64,000 nt of DNA from Monocercomonoides exilis PA203 (Eukaryota; Protista; Preaxostyla): NCBI GenBank assembly GCA_001643675.2, contig LSRY02000014.1, positions 1,364,001 to 1,428,000 on the forward strand, in the 5' to 3' direction. Positions 13,301 through 27,625 of this stretch are shown here, piece after piece; positions within the stretch are counted from its first letter, which is position 1; every line of letters begins with the position of its first letter. A model generated the notes under the pieces. It made no database searches. It worked only from the letters and a program-made list of their open reading frames with translations, and was not told the DNA's origin. A program made the position numbers and the translations under genes.

Positions 13301-16300
13301 TGCATTGCAGCTGCAGTCCAGTATGAGCAATCCATATGCAATGTATCAACATCTTCCATCTGAGGGCTTATCTCAAATGGGAGTGCAGATGTCTTCAACA
13401 TCGCCTGTTTCTGCAGGTCAGCAGTCGCTACAGAATCTGCAGTATCAGATGGGCAATCCTTCTATAGCTGGGCAAGCTTCAATGAATATGTCATCATCAT
13501 CATCTTCTTCTCAATCTTCTTCTGCTTCTTCTTCTTCCTCCTCCTCATCTTCATCTTCATCAGCACATTCAACCATTATGTCATATCTACCCACATTCCC
13601 TTCTTCCCCACAGTCTCAGTATTCTGCTCTTCCTCAGTCTGCTGGCTCGCTTTCGCCTGTTGTCAATTCAGTCAACATGCCCCTCAGCAACTTTGCTGGT
13701 GCTAATGGTTTGCTGTTATTAAATTTTATTTATTTTTTTTTTTTAAATGTGATTGGTTTTTGTAAATGTTATCTATGAAATTCTCAATGTTGTCATTAAC
13801 AAATGATCTATTTCTTTACATTTTCATTTTATATTCCTTTATTTGTTTAACTTTATGAAAAATTTACTAATGAATTTTATTTATTACTAATATTTCAATG
13901 AAACAAACTCAGATTCAGCCTCTTCCATGCAGATGAACATGCTTCCACCAAATCTCTCACTCACCTATCCTTCCTTCTCCCAAAACCCTTCAACCCACGC
14001 ACACTATGGCTCTTTAGCCGCTTCTTCTTCTTCTTCCCTTTCATCTTCCTCTTCCTCTTCATCTTCCTCATCTTCATCTTCTTCTCCTTCGAGTGGTACC
14101 ATCTCCTTCACTCCTCCTTCTGAAAGCGATCTTCTCAATTCTCCGCCTCAGCCATCACTCGGCGAGCAGCTGTCGTTCCACTTGTCACTCCCACAGCAGC
14201 AGATCTTCCAGTCTCAAATTCAGTCTCAATCTCTATCTCCTTCTCAATCACCTTCACGTTCACAATCACTGATACAGGCACAGATGCAGCAGGAGCAGTA
14301 CATCCAGGCTCAACAACAACAACAACAACTACAACAACAACAACAGCAGCAACAACAGTCTCAATACACTTTGAATCAGATGCTTCCTCTTTCTGCTCAA
14401 CAACAACAGCAAAATCAACAGCTCCTTCAGCAGCAGCAACAGTCTCAACAACAACAACAGCAGCAGCAGCAATCACGTGCATTTGTTCCTTCAATGTCCC
14501 CACCTGCCCCAACCTCCCCTTCAGCTGCTGTGTCCAGCGTTCCTTTGCTTGCACGCCCATCGCAGGCATCTGTACAGTTTAAACCAGGCAGTCAGTTCCA
14601 TTCTCAGTTCTTTTCCAATCAACAGAGCAACAACAGTAATAACAGCAGCAGTAGTAGTAACAGCCAACAATCATACAGAGGCAGTAGCTCACAGAATTCA
14701 CAGATGCATCCGTATCTGCTGCCTTCTCCAACACGTTCAGGCAGTTCTCCATCGTCTTCTGTTGCATCTGCTCCTCTCCCTCACACTGCTCAGCAGCCTT
14801 ACTCTTCTCAGGCACAAGGCTCGCCTTTCCCACAGTATTCTTCTCCACCCCCAACTTCTTCATTGAGCTTTTCCACTTCGCCATCATCTGGACCATTATC
14901 TTTGAGCTTAGTTACTTCTGGTTCATCTCCTTCATCTTCTGGCCCTTCTTCTTCCCCTTCCTCTTCATCTTCATCTTCATCCGTCTCAAATTCCGCCTCT
15001 TCTCCCTTCTCCTCTCCTTCTTCCTCCCCTGCCTCTCAATCTCCTCCTCCTTCCTCTTCTTCTTCCTCTGCATTTCCCGGTCAGTCCCCACACCACACTT
15101 TCTTCACCTCTCTTGTTGGCAGAGCAGTGGGCTGCTGTATGGATGCCTCGCTCTCACGCACAATACAGGCAAATCTCGGCTTCTGCGATGTTGGGCTGCG
15201 GTATGCGCTGTTTATGGAGATTCTGCCAGCTACACTGACATTGTCGAAGGACAAGTTTGGTAACTTTATCTTGCAAAAGTTCTGTGAAATGGATGAAGAC
15301 TGCTTGAAACCTGAAGAGGTGGAGATATGGCGGAAGGAGAAAGAAGAGAGAGAAAGAGACAGAGAGAGGAAGAAGAAGCTGGTTGATAGAGACAGAGAGA
15401 AAGACAAAGGATCAGAGAAGGAGCCTCCAACATCGATGCCTGTGCTGATGTCATCGTTGGAGTCATTGACATGCAAATCCAGTTCATTCACGACTTATGC
15501 CTCTATGCTAGCGATAGCGTTGCGCGGGCACATAATCGAGTTCAGCTTCCACAAGTATGCCTGCCGGGTGGTGCAGAAGATTTTGTCATGCATCGACCCC
15601 ACAAGAGGCGCGGAGATGATGGCTGAGCTGAATGGAGAGAACTTGGTGGTCGCAGCAATGATGGATCAGAACGCTAACCATGTTGTGCAGCTGCTGATCA
15701 ACATCTTCCCTCCCCCGCTCTTCCAGTTCCTGTTTGATTCACTACAGTCCCTCTGCGGCAACCAAGAAGGCAGTTCCAGTGAAGACGGAGACAACGACAA
15801 CGACGATGATGAAGACCTAAAAATGGAGCATGCAGAGAACCCGGAGATTGAGAAGAAGCTGATTGAGCTGAAGCGCCACATTAAACAGCTGAACAGGTCA
15901 TCGTCGTATGCTTCTTCGTCAGCTGCGTCCAGAAGCGATGTTCTGAGCCAGCTTGCGAGGCAACAGTACAGCAGCCGAGTGATGCAGCATCTGATTGAAC
16001 TGTCGCTGCCCATTCAGAGGAGAAGGCTGATGCGGTCGCTGGCGACGCATTCGATGGAGCTTGCAGTGGATAGCTACGGAAACTATATAGTGCAGAGGAT
16101 GATTGTGCTGGATGAGAAAGAAAAAAATGAAAAGAACGAGAAAACCGAAAAGAACGAGAAGAATGAGAAATACGAGAAAAACGAGAGGAGCACAGGAACA
16201 TCTGCGAAACCAAGGCGTTCGCGCAGCATTAGAATCCTGACGCTAGTGATGAAGTCGCTGAACGGGCACTTCTACAAGCTGTGCCGGCACAAGTACGCCA

Positions 16301-17199
16301 GCAATGTAGTGGAGAAGTGTGTGGAGTATGGCGACGAGTCGCAGCAGATGTCGATTGTGAAGGAGCTGCTGGGAGACACACCTGAACGCACAGATGGTTC
16401 TCCTTCAACTGAGACGCTGGCAAAGGACGTGCCGGAAACACGATCGTCACATACGAACTCGGTTTTCTTGTTCAAGCCGTCGCAACACAGTTCTTCTTCA
16501 TCTTCATCTTCTTCCTCCTCTTCGTCTTCATTGTCTTCTCAACAAACATCTGTTTTGAGTCAAACAGAGCGATTCAACTATTTATTTGACCTGCTGAACG
16601 ATCAGTTTGGGAACTACGTTATTCAGAAGCTGTTGCTCGTTGGCAGAAGTTCAATTAGGAAAGAAATGATGGATGTTCTGACATCGAACATGGCGCGTGT
16701 GGAAGAAGCTGTGTTTGGAAAGCATCTCATCAGCACAATGGAGAAGTGTGCGGCTCTGATGGAAGAGGATAAAAAACGAGGTGCTTTTGAGGATCGGGAA
16801 GATGAGGGAGAGCCCAACAGAAAGCAGAGTTTGGAGAGAGAACGAGAACATAGCAATGATAGGAACTTGCTGCCAACACCAGCGCAGTCTATGAACTTAT
16901 CACCATCCTCGGCAAGCAGCCAGCAGCAGGTCGGTGCAAATCAGAATGACCATTGGACTCAGCAGCGTCAGTACAATGTTGCTTCTGGATCTTCTTCTTC
17001 TTCCTCCCCCTCTTCTTCTTCTTCTTCTAGTTCTTCTTCATCCACAAACACATTCTCTGTAACTCAGCCACCACTGCAACCACCACCTTTGCAGCCATCA
17101 CAACCACAATACAATTCCCAGCTGATATACCAGCCATCATCACAATCATATTCGCGTAAGCCACAGCACAACCGCAAGCGAGAAGGTCACTTTAAGTGA
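7305..17199 (+). CDS. Pumilio/PUF family RNA-binding protein with a very long Ser/Gln/Asn-rich N-terminus (5' exon structure uncertain)
   Basis: ORFs 8049-13778 and 13927-17199 join in frame across GT-AG intron 13708-13912. The C-terminus has eight PUF repeats (SLSRTIQ, FGNFILQK, YACRVVQK, NANHVVQ, YSSRVMQH, YGNYIVQR, YASNVVEK, FGNYVIQK). The frame is open back to 7803, with small candidate exons near 7305-7379 and 7572-7647. Confidence 0.85.
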
Positions 17200-17735
17200 G
17201 TGATTGTGCTCACCACAGTTGCATTTTTATTTTATTTTATTTTATTTACTTTTATTTTATTTTTTCATTTTCTGACACATCGTTTTCATGTTGCTTGGAA
17301 TTCTTTTCTTTACGTTTCTTTTCTTTTTTTTCTTTCTGTTATTCTCACCTTTTTTTTACAATCGTCAATACCATTTTTTAGCTGTTTTGTAGTGTTCTTT
17401 TTACGTTAGTCATGGTTTTTTGTGCATTAAGTTTCGCTTCGACAAACTGCGGTTGATAAAAATTAAAAAAAAAATTCCACTTTATGTTTCTGTCATTTTG
17501 TGAAAAGTGGAATTTTATAAAAAAATAAAAAAAAAATAAAAAATAAAAATTTCACGAAATACTCTTCTTTTTTTCTTTAAAATATCATAAAATATTCGAA
17601 TAAACGAGCAACTTGCTCAACTTTTCAGTCAGAAAAATGTAATCATCCTGAATATATAACATAGATAATTAACAGCTAATGAAAAGAAACTCAAAAAAAT
17701 ACTAATAAATTAATTAATATTCTAAAAAATTATTG

Positions 17736-20700
17736 TTAACAGGATTTCATAAACAACTCTTTCAGTTTCTCTTCTTTTTCACATGTCTCTCTGAAGGGTG
17801 ACAAAATAAACGAGCTCATGCTTCCAATAAACGGATCATCGTCCTTCGACTTCAGCCCGAGTCTCAGCCAGCACTTCAGTGGGAACTTCTTATATAGAAT
17901 TACAAACAACAGTCTACAGATGTTGTTGGGCGACGTTGCAATAGGCTTGACAAGCTCGATGCCCTTGTCGCTTCTTTCAATTGCATTCACATAAGGGGAT
18001 AGCAAATAGTGCGCAGCTGTCATTCTCTTCAGTTGCACTGCCCACAGCGAACTAGAAATGGCGTCGCCCAAAGAAGAGTCAAACACATCAGAAACAGACA
18101 GCGCTTCTAACTGGCAGAGCTCATCCACAATTTCTGGAAGCTTGCCAAACGGTGTGACATTCAGCACCAACAAGATGTATTCTCCTTTCAATCCTTTCGA
18201 CGTTCTCAGTGCCGAAAGAATTCCGCAGATGCACCCTATAAGTCCTGATCCAATGTTATCTGAAAGCGAGTAATGGCTTATTTCCTCTCTCACTTTCTGA
18301 AGGAGGAATTGAAGAAGATACCCCTTTTCAGATGAAATAATCTGCATAGTGAGTTTTTTCATCATTTCTTTTGACTTACTCACGTTATTTGCATAGTTAG
18401 CTTTGCATAGCACGAACAAAGCTTCAATGCTTTTCTTCATGATATCATTGTCCAACTTGCAAGTGGGTTTCGAGTTGGCTATCTGAATCAGCTTCTCCGC
18501 AATCTTAGCGAGTGAGTCCTCACATCCGCTGGGGCACTGCATCAGCCAAAACTTAAATCTTCCGAGATTAAACTGATTCATAAACTGAACTGTAGTCAAA
18601 ATTCGAGCTGATCCAAATTTGCTTCCAAGGAAAGTGAGGAAAAAGTCGTACAAGCCTGAAATTGTTGCTGTGTCGCTGCAGTTTCCTGCCAGGTACAGGA
18701 GAATGTCATCCATGACGAGTGAACACAATGATTTGTACTCATTCTCCTTCATTGCCTTTTCTGTCATTTTGGCCCAAGTTCTCTTGTCGTTCAAGAAGTA
18801 TCTCTTCAAAAGGCGCATCAATTTGAATTGCTTCATCCCTAATTCTTCGGCAATACCCAAAAGTGCAAATATCTTTGCGAGGACATCTTCACACACTTTT
18901 TCATCGCCACTATTAACTGCTTTCGTCACAGCCGAATAAATGAGTATTTCTGCCAAAGTAAACTTTTGCTTATCCTTTGCAATCAGTTTATCCAGCAACT
19001 TCATTTGCTCATCCAATGTGAGTGATTGAGCAATGACTTGCATCAAATGATTGTTCTTCATAGTTTCACTCCTCTTTTTCGCATCATCAGACATATGATC
19101 ATCTTCAGCATCTTTAGACTCATTGGTTCTTTCACTGTCACCTCCTTCACTGTCAAAATCGCTTCCATCTCCGCTTTCAAAATCATCGCATTCACTATCA
19201 CAATCATCACTATCTTCATCTTCACCTTCACCTTCATCTTCATCTTCCTTATCATCTTCATTATCATCTTCATCTTCACATTCACATTCACAATCGCTCG
19301 CTTCTGCACTGTCTACACCAGTTCCAGCAGCTTCTTCTTCATCGTTGTCTTTTTGAGACAAAAATTTGTTTATCATATTTTGTTTAATCAATTCTCTAAC
19401 TTTTTTACTATCAATATGAAAAATGGAATAGCTTGCGGCAAGAGCAAAACCTATCTTGTCTTTATTTTTCATAGCATTTTGCAGCAGTTTTCCAACATGT
19501 GCACTTGCTCCCACAAGCTTAAGGAGCTGCTTAATTCCGTTCGTGAAGGCCACACAATATGGCATTCCATCGCAGTCAACTCTCTGTCTTTCATGCAGCA
19601 AGCTCTCAATAATGTCGTCTGCCAGCTGCTCTGACTCCTTCTGTGTCAGTGAAGCCATCGAATTCCCGATTGTAATTGATGTTTTTGGCAAGTCCGTTGA
19701 CAAAGTTTTGCGGAGTTCTTCGCTTTCATTCGACAGAATCCAGTCTTCCTTCTTTCCTTTGTTGAGCAGCTCAATCACCTGATAACGCAGTGCTGGTCGG
19801 ATAAGATCAATTCTCTTTTTCAGCATCCACGACATCAGCGCTTCGTTGGTGTACAGCGTTGGGAACGAGCCTACGAGCTCCTTTGCCATAGCAATCCAAG
19901 TATGCTCAACTCCATCCGTGGAGCACGATTGAATGGCTTGCCAGGCACCATCAATTCCCTCGTAAGGATCAGTGGCAAAAGACAGCAAAAGCCGCATGGC
20001 TTTCGTTCTGACAGAAAACATATCACTGTTTCCGTCACACTTCTGGCAACTATGCTGTTCCACATCCATTTTGTGGATGAATCCTCTTTGAACAAGTTGA
20101 TGCTGCCTTGCCATCTTCCTCTTCTTCAGCTCTTGCTTTTCTTTTTCATTCAATTTGCAACCCAAAAATGTCTGGCAGAAACCTTTTATCATTCCGTTCA
20201 TTTGCCGGGACTTCCACTCAGCTGCATTTTGCTCCACCCAATTCCACCACTTCGCCTTGGTGACTTCTCTGAATTCTGATGCGTTTCTCTTTCCTTCTTC
20301 AAAGGAATTCGAACCACCATCAAGAGAGCCCATCACAAGCTTCGACAGCTCAGAGAAGAGCGATATGGCCCAATCTGTGGGAGTGGCAAATGCGGCTCGT
20401 GGATGTGGATATTCCATGCCTTGCTTGTTTGACTGAGAGCTGGCCGACGATGCAGCAGCAGTTGCAGAGGCTGAAGCCGAAGCCGACTCTGCTGTTGCAG
20501 CTGTTCCTTTCTCCTTAAAGTCGAGCGGAAGGAACGGAGCAATCAGTATCAGGAACTTTCTCGCTTTCCCATACGACTCGTTGCTGGTTGACGGGTCAGA
20601 CATCATCGAGCGGAAGTATTCGTTGATGTATCCAATCACATGATCCCACTCTTCAGAGCACCCATTGCACTCCTCTGCATTCTGGCTGTTGCATGTCATG

Positions 20701-23700
20701 TCACATTCAATCGGCTGTTTGCCAGAAAGAGAGCGTAAGCTGCGCCTCGAGATTTCTGTCAGATGCTGCAGCACTTCAGTCCGTACTGTGTCTCGCTCTC
20801 TCTTCATCTTCGCCACATAGCAGAACGCCCTGACAAGAGAGTTTTGAGACGAATCTGTGCAACCTTCAGAGGACGACTGGTTGAGTGCTCCGCATTTCAA
20901 GATCGTTTCAGCGGATTTCGATCGCTTCTCGTCTGCTTCGCTGTGTGTGTAGTCTTCGAGGCATTTGAGACACTCGTCAAACGGAAGGAACTGGGCATTG
21001 GTCAACGTGGCATTGTCGTATTCAGACACAACCTTCGGGTCTGGGTCCTTTGCCTTGTATGCCTCAATGATCCTCTTTGCGAAGCGCGCCTCTTCATGAC
21101 GCAAGGAATGAGGAAGTAATCTCAAGAATTTTCCGATCAGCACCCCATCTTTGTCGCGGAATGCGAGGGTGAAAGGCAGCGCAGACGGAAGAAGTGGGAA
21201 TGCTGTTTCCTTTTGCAGACCAAGCAGCCCTGGGATCACTCCTTCAGCACAATACAGCTGCCTCGCCTGCTTCCTGTTCATCTTGCGCAAGAAGTGGAAC
21301 CTGCTGCAGAAGAAGTCTTCGCCCGGCGTGTTCAGCAAGACAAGATCGCTGAGGGTGTTGCAGTGCAGACGGTGCGCCACATTGTCAAAAAGCATGATCT
21401 CCCAGTCAACTGGCACATCTCTCTCGTTCTCCACTGTATTCCTGTGTACATCGTAATAGCTGTTATACACCCTTCCTACTCCGAACGGATGCCCCAGCCT
21501 GTTGTCCTTGTGCCCAAAGGCGAAGGAGCTGATGGATCCCCTCAGCGCGCACGGAACAGTCTGCAGACGCGATGCCTCCACCCAGTTTTCGTAGCATGTC
21601 CGGACAAAACGACGCTCTAAGTTGTATCCTTCTCTGTGGGACATTTCCACTGGTGCTGTGAAGTCGTCGTTGCGGTTGGTGCCACGCAGCATTGAAAGCG
21701 ACGGAAGCAGCGCAGTCGGAAGGACACTTTCTCCGTCGGCCCAGTGAATCTCCTGCACACTTGGCAGTTTGAAGCAGCTGCCGGTTTCAGTGTTCGCTGC
21801 GATGGCGTTAGTGTCCAGTGCATTTTGTTCAATCAACGCGCATATGACCCACTGGGCAATCTGCGACGGCATATACCGCACAGCCCGTGAGATGTTGATG
21901 CTTCTGGCTTCGTTGAACAGGAACAGAATGTTGAGGAGCGTGAAGAACAGAGTGAAATATTGAGAAGGTTCAGCGTGGCACTCAGATTCGTCTTTCATCT
22001 TGTTCATTTCCGAAGAAGAAGAGCAGTCTGAAATCGACGACTCTGATGGGAACAGCAAAGAATGCCTGGAAGAGAGAATTGGCAGAATCATGTTCATGTA
22101 CTCACAAAACATAAATGCATGAGCACATAAGTTGAACGGCAGTGTCTTCTTCTTCGCTTCTCCTGCTTCTTTCAACGTACTCCTTAAAACTGGAGGAAAT
22201 TCTGCATATGGATCTTCAGATGATGATGAAGCAGGTGCTGTGCTATCTGACACAGTGCTTTCTCCATCTTCCTGCATATCTCCTGCCTCCGAAGAACGAA
22301 AAGCAGATTCCCTCAGAGCTTTTCCCCATTCAACTGCAAAGGTGAGTGCAATGAGAGGATAATGCCGTGCAAGGCAGCACCAGCCATCGCTAAGCAGAAC
22401 ACGGCGTGCTTTCAGAGCAAGACTCACATTCAGATTGTCAGGCAAAGCTGGCAAAACATTCGATACAGAAGAAGAAGAAGAAGAAGAAGAAGAAGAAGAC
22501 TGACTTGCAGAAGACATTTGCTGCTTGCACTGCTGGCACAAGTCGCCACATGTGAAAATATTCACAAACTTCTGTACTGTGCGAGGAGTGGCAGAGCAGA
22601 CGATTTGAAGGTTCTCCAAATACTCAGATGGCTTTAGGCCATCGACATAGCGATCCGCAAAGTCCTCCACATTCGAATATTCCTCCTTTTCGCTCTGCGT
22701 CTTCAGCTTCCCATTCAGCTTGCGCCTAACTTCCCAGTTGTCCTTTGAAATCTTGCTCCTTAAGTCAGAAGAGACGCTTTTCATAAGTTCAAGCATCTTG
22801 TTCTCTTCTTTCTCCATCTCATTCTTTATCTGCTCAATCACTTTGTCATCGCAATTCATATCTGCCTGGCTGTTTCCGCTTCCCTTCGCTTTTTCATCCT
22901 GAATACGCTTCCAATGCGCCATCACCCGCTTTGCGTGAATCGAAGTCAGTTTGTGTGCAGAAAGCGTCTGAATCGTGAATGAGTCGTCGGAAAGGCACAT
23001 GTTCCTCAATGCCTCTTCGTCGCATTCCTGTTGGCTGTCATTCGCATAGCTGGAGTCGGCAGACACTCCGAGTGTGTGCATTGCCAAGAACCGCTGGAGA
23101 AACTCAGCAGATTTCGACATTGAGTGGACGATCTTAGAAAGGAGAGAGCTCATTGACTGCAACTTTGCTGCATCAATTTGAGTTGATGACAAAGAAGAAG
23201 AAGAAGAAGAAGAAGAAGATGATGATGATGATGAAGTGGATGAAGACTGAACATCGCAAGTACTCTGCACATTCAATCCATCAAAGTTTTTATTTGAAAA
23301 TGGGATTGTTGAGCTGAGAGTGCAACCAACAGTTTCACAGAGTTTGAATCCCACACATACATCTGTTTGGAAGATGCAAATCGTTGAATCTGCGCAAACT
23401 CCGCATCTCAGATCTTTTGCACTTTGCACACTTGCTCCAGCATTTATTTGATTTCTTCGGGCTTTACTTATTAATAAACCAATGCTCACCATCAATTGTA
23501 TTCTTTGAGATTGCGCAAGTTGATATATAATTTCCATAAGTTCCTCTTTTTTGCATTTTAGCCCAATTTCAATGTAAACTTGAGGAGTATCCGGAAGCAT
23601 CATTGGGAAATTAAATTTCGACATGAGCGAAGGAAGATCTTCACAAGAAGAAGTGAGATTACAAATACTTAAAAGAATATTCCTTGCTTTAGAGGTGAAA

Positions 23701-24341
23701 GGCTCGTTTGAAGAATCCACCACCTTTTGAAGAAATGATGTGTATGATGAATTATTTAAATTGACACCTAATTCAACGATATGTTGAAGTAAATTGAGTA
23801 AAATGGCTGTCTCCTTTGAATTTTTATTGCAACTTTCGCAAAACTTTGGAAGCCTTTGTGAAATAAAATTATTTTCTTTTAACCCTTCCTTGAAATGTTC
23901 GTTATTAATAAGTTTATCAATTCCCTGAAGCGCAACAATCCTACATTTTTCATCTGAAGAATCTAAACATTGAAGAAGCTTCGAAAGAAGTTCTCTTTGA
24001 GAAAGACGAAGATTATCTTCCATCACTTCAGAGTTTATTGCAAGAAAGAGCGAGTTTAATCTTTTCTGAAAGTTTAAGATTCAAAAAACTTTTTATAAAG
24101 TTATTATATAAGCAACAGCAAACAATTTCAGATTCATTCGATGAAGAACTTATTATTTTAAAAGCTTGCTTCAATTCTTTTGAATTGAGTGCAATATCTT
24201 TTTGCTTCCGACATTTGCAGGCGGAAGTGATAAGAGATTGGGTCTTCATTTTTTCCAACTAGTTTAAAATAAAAAATAACATAGTTTAAATACTTTTAAG
24301 AAAAAATTAAATACATCGCAATCAACTTTTTCCTTACTCAT
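17736..24341 (-). CDS. Large hypothetical protein (~2,150 aa), probably alpha-solenoid, with a central acidic tract
   Basis: The 2096-aa ORF extends upstream through two plausible introns (MSKEKVDCD|LEKMKTQ...ESEI|KRLNSLFLAINSEVMEDN). Composition is coding-like. No confidently recognised domain. Confidence 0.7.
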
Positions 24342-24681
24342 TGCTGATCTTGTCCCATGAATTAATTCTCAAAAAATATTCATGTTTCTTTCCGACATCA
24401 AAATGAAAACAATGTTTTGTATTCAAAATTATTCACATTTAACTTCATTGAAACATACAACATCAAAAAAACAAAATTTAATGTGAATTTGAAAAAATGA
24501 AAAATATATATAGAAAATGACTTTTATGAAGTGACGTTTTTTTATTATGATGATACGCATGTGATTTAATGCGAAATATTTGAAAATAAAAAAACATAAA
24601 ATTTTTAGAAATAAAAAAGGGAGAGTAGTTACTCATAATTTCATCTTTTTTCCTCGAACGAGAGTTTTTATTTGAAATTGC

Positions 24682-26906
24682 ATGTCCGAAGATTCAAACT
24701 ATTTTGAGGAGGCAGTGGGAATATTGAGTCAAGTTGTTGATACTCCAAAGATTACAGTCCAACTTTTATCTCGACCTCCATACAGATTTATCTTTGATGT
24801 AATCATGACAATCCAACGAAAAACACAATTTGCAGAAGGTCTTTTCAACGCCGAAGAATTGGAATCTGGAAAACCAATGGTATTGCATTTTTCAGAAAAA
24901 TTATTTGATTCAAAATTGAAAATTTAAATACATTTCATATTTAGAGAAAGGATCAAAAACCAACTTCAGCAAATAGACGTGCTAAAATTTCCTTTTTAAA
25001 CAAGGTCATAGGGATATCAGGGTTAGCACTTGGCAGAACGTGCACCTGCGATCCAAAAAATGTAATTGCTGGAGCAGAAGCGAAAGCAACAGACGAGATG
25101 CTCAAAATGTTTTTGGAAGCTGCACAAAAGCATGGGAAAAATTCTGCAGGTTTTGTAGCAGCAATAAATTCTTCTGGAGCAGAGAAACCAAAGCAAGCAC
25201 CAAAACCAGCAGCAAAGCCAGCAGCTCAACCAAAAGCTGTTGCTCAGCCAAAATCCGCAGCTCAGCCTCCTCCAGCTGAAGAACAACCGAAGCAAGAGCA
25301 GCAAAAGCAAGAGCAACCTGCAGCTGCACCAGCGCCAGCACCAAAGCCTAAAGAAAGAGCGAGACCAAAGCAACCTCAAAAGCCACCAACCCCTGCAGCT
25401 GCACCTGCAGAAAGCGAAGCAAATGAGCAAGAAAAAGCACCATCTCAGCCACAACCACAACCGCAGCCCAAAATGCATCCAAAGTCTGCGTCAAAGCCTG
25501 GATCAGCGAAGCCATCTCCCACTCAGCCTCCACGTCGTGCACCTTCGCCGATTGAGGTTGACAGCTCTTCTCGTGTCGATGAGCCGCGAGATCAGCCGAT
25601 GTCACCTACGCCCACACCAAGCGGCAGGCAGGATGCTGAGATTGAGCATGCACCGTCGCGAAAACTGTCATCGCGGCCAGCATCAATAAAGAAGCCGCCA
25701 CCGAGGCAGAAGAATCTTGAGGAAGACATGGGAGTGTCTGAAGGAAGCGACTCGGAGCAGTCAGATGGAAGAGGAAACAATGAGAGCAGGAAGCGGGGAA
25801 GAGACAAAGATAAACGGGGAAAGAAAGGCAAAGGCAAGAGGAAGGGAACCGGTTTGTTGCTGTTTCTGTTTTGGTTTTGATGAATAATTGATGGTTGTCC
25901 ACATTTTATTAAAAAACGATATGAATGTTAATTTCAACTGAAAAAATTTTGAAATTTTCGTAACATTTCTGTTACATTTATTCAAATTCACGATCGTTTC
26001 TTCAACTGCGTTTATCTTCTTCTTCTTTTATTTTTTTCCAACATAAGGAATGATGGAATCTGACAGCGAGAGTTCAGAAGTTGAGGACATTTATGCTCCG
26101 CCGTTGGCGGCTCCTCCAGGAAGCAGAAGGAGGAGAGGCGGAGGCGGTGCGAGGATGGGAGCAGCAGGCAATGAGAATGGGGCAGACAGCGGCAACGAGT
26201 CAGGAGGAGAAGGAGATTTTCCAGTTGGAATGGAAATGAGAGGGCAAGGAAGAGATGGAAAGAACAAGTCAACACTTGCAAGGCAGATTGAAGAACACGA
26301 AAGAGAACTGATGGGCAAAGCCGGAGAAGGAGATGACATGGATGAGAAAATGAAAGGGAAGAACAAGAGAGATAGCTTGGAAGATGATAAAGAAACAGGT
26401 ACATCTCTTTAAAATTCATATTTTCATGTATTTTGTAAAACTTAAACAATATTTTTCTTTTCTTTTTCTTTTCTTTTTCTTTTTCTTTTCTTTTCTTTTC
26501 TTTTCTTTTCTTTTTCTTTTCTTTTTCTTTTTCTTTTTCTCTATCATTTTGATTCATCCAATATTATTTTCTATATTTAATAATTTTGATTGCTTAGCAC
26601 GAAGAGACGAGCAAGTAGCACAGATAAGAGACGGAATCCAAGCAATGGTCAAAACTGTCATTCCACTGGGAAGAGTTGACTATATGCAAAGCGATCTTGA
26701 AGGTTTGTAATGATAATTTTTTTTTTCAATGAAAAATAAAATTTTAAATGTCAAATTTTGCACAATGCGATTTGGGCTATAGTGATATCTCGTGAATTTG
26801 ATGAAGCCAGAAAGGAAAATCTTCAAAATGTCTCGACAATCGATCAAAGCAAAAGGTTGCTTAATATTTTTTTTTTTTATTTGAGTGAATTATAATGAAT
26901 CCTTAT

Positions 26907-26994
<88 letters not shown>

Positions 26995-27204
26995 TGTGCA
27001 TTAAATGTATATATACATTTTTTAAAAATCAAATTCAGAGAAACTGATTCTGCTCTAAGACCATTAATGGCCCAGCTGTGCGAAGTTGAGCAATCAATTG
27101 TCGATGTGCAAAAGCAAATTTATCTCATTCAAGCACAAGTCACTCGAAATGACATACACATTCACTCCCTAATGAAAAACATAACATCTCCAAAACGTTC
27201 TTGA
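24682..27204 (+). CDS. IFT54: Intraflagellar transport protein 54 / TRAF3IP1 / MIP-T3 (multi-exon)
   Basis: The N-terminal CH-like domain reads LLSRPPYRFIFDVIMTIQRKTQFAEGLF...KISFLNKVI...VIAGAEAKATDEML. A low-complexity linker follows, then a C-terminal coiled coil QIRDGIQAMVKTVIPLGRVDYMQSDLE...LRPLMAQLCEVEQSIVDVQKQIYLIQAQVTRND. The stop TGA is at 27202-27204. Confidence 0.9.
26906..26995. repeat. (TTTC)n microsatellite inside an IFT54 intron
   Basis: Uninterrupted TCTT tetranucleotide run. Confidence 0.95.
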
Positions 27205-27625
27205 CTTATCTAATTCTTTTTTGGTTAATTTTGATCTTTTATCTATTTTTTAATTTTTGTCCATTTTACTCATTTCACAGCTATCATTTGTCCGTCTGTG
27301 TTTTTATCACCATAAAATAAGGTTTTTGTTCTATCAATCTCTTTGAAACAGTTTCAATATTTTTTTAAAAATGACCCAACCTTTGAAATCAAAAACAACT
27401 CGAGAAGTAATAACTTAATCTGTATTTTAAAGAATACGATTGTTAATAGAGAAAATTATTCAAGAAATATGTGTATTGCCGATGATTACAAGTAAGAAGA
27501 GGGAAGAGGTGAATTGATAATGAAAAGATAAGCCGTATTATTCTCGTAGAATTGGATTCTTCAACAATTTTACGCAAATGCTATGCAATGACATGTATAG
27601 GTTCTAAAAGGTTCATTGCGTTGAT

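Noticed and set aside
8090-16856. Numerous alternative-frame and antisense ORFs over the PUF gene (and likewise over CAND1 and the giant receptor)
   Set aside because: They are by-products of low-complexity codon repeats (TCT/TCA/CAG) in the real reading frame.
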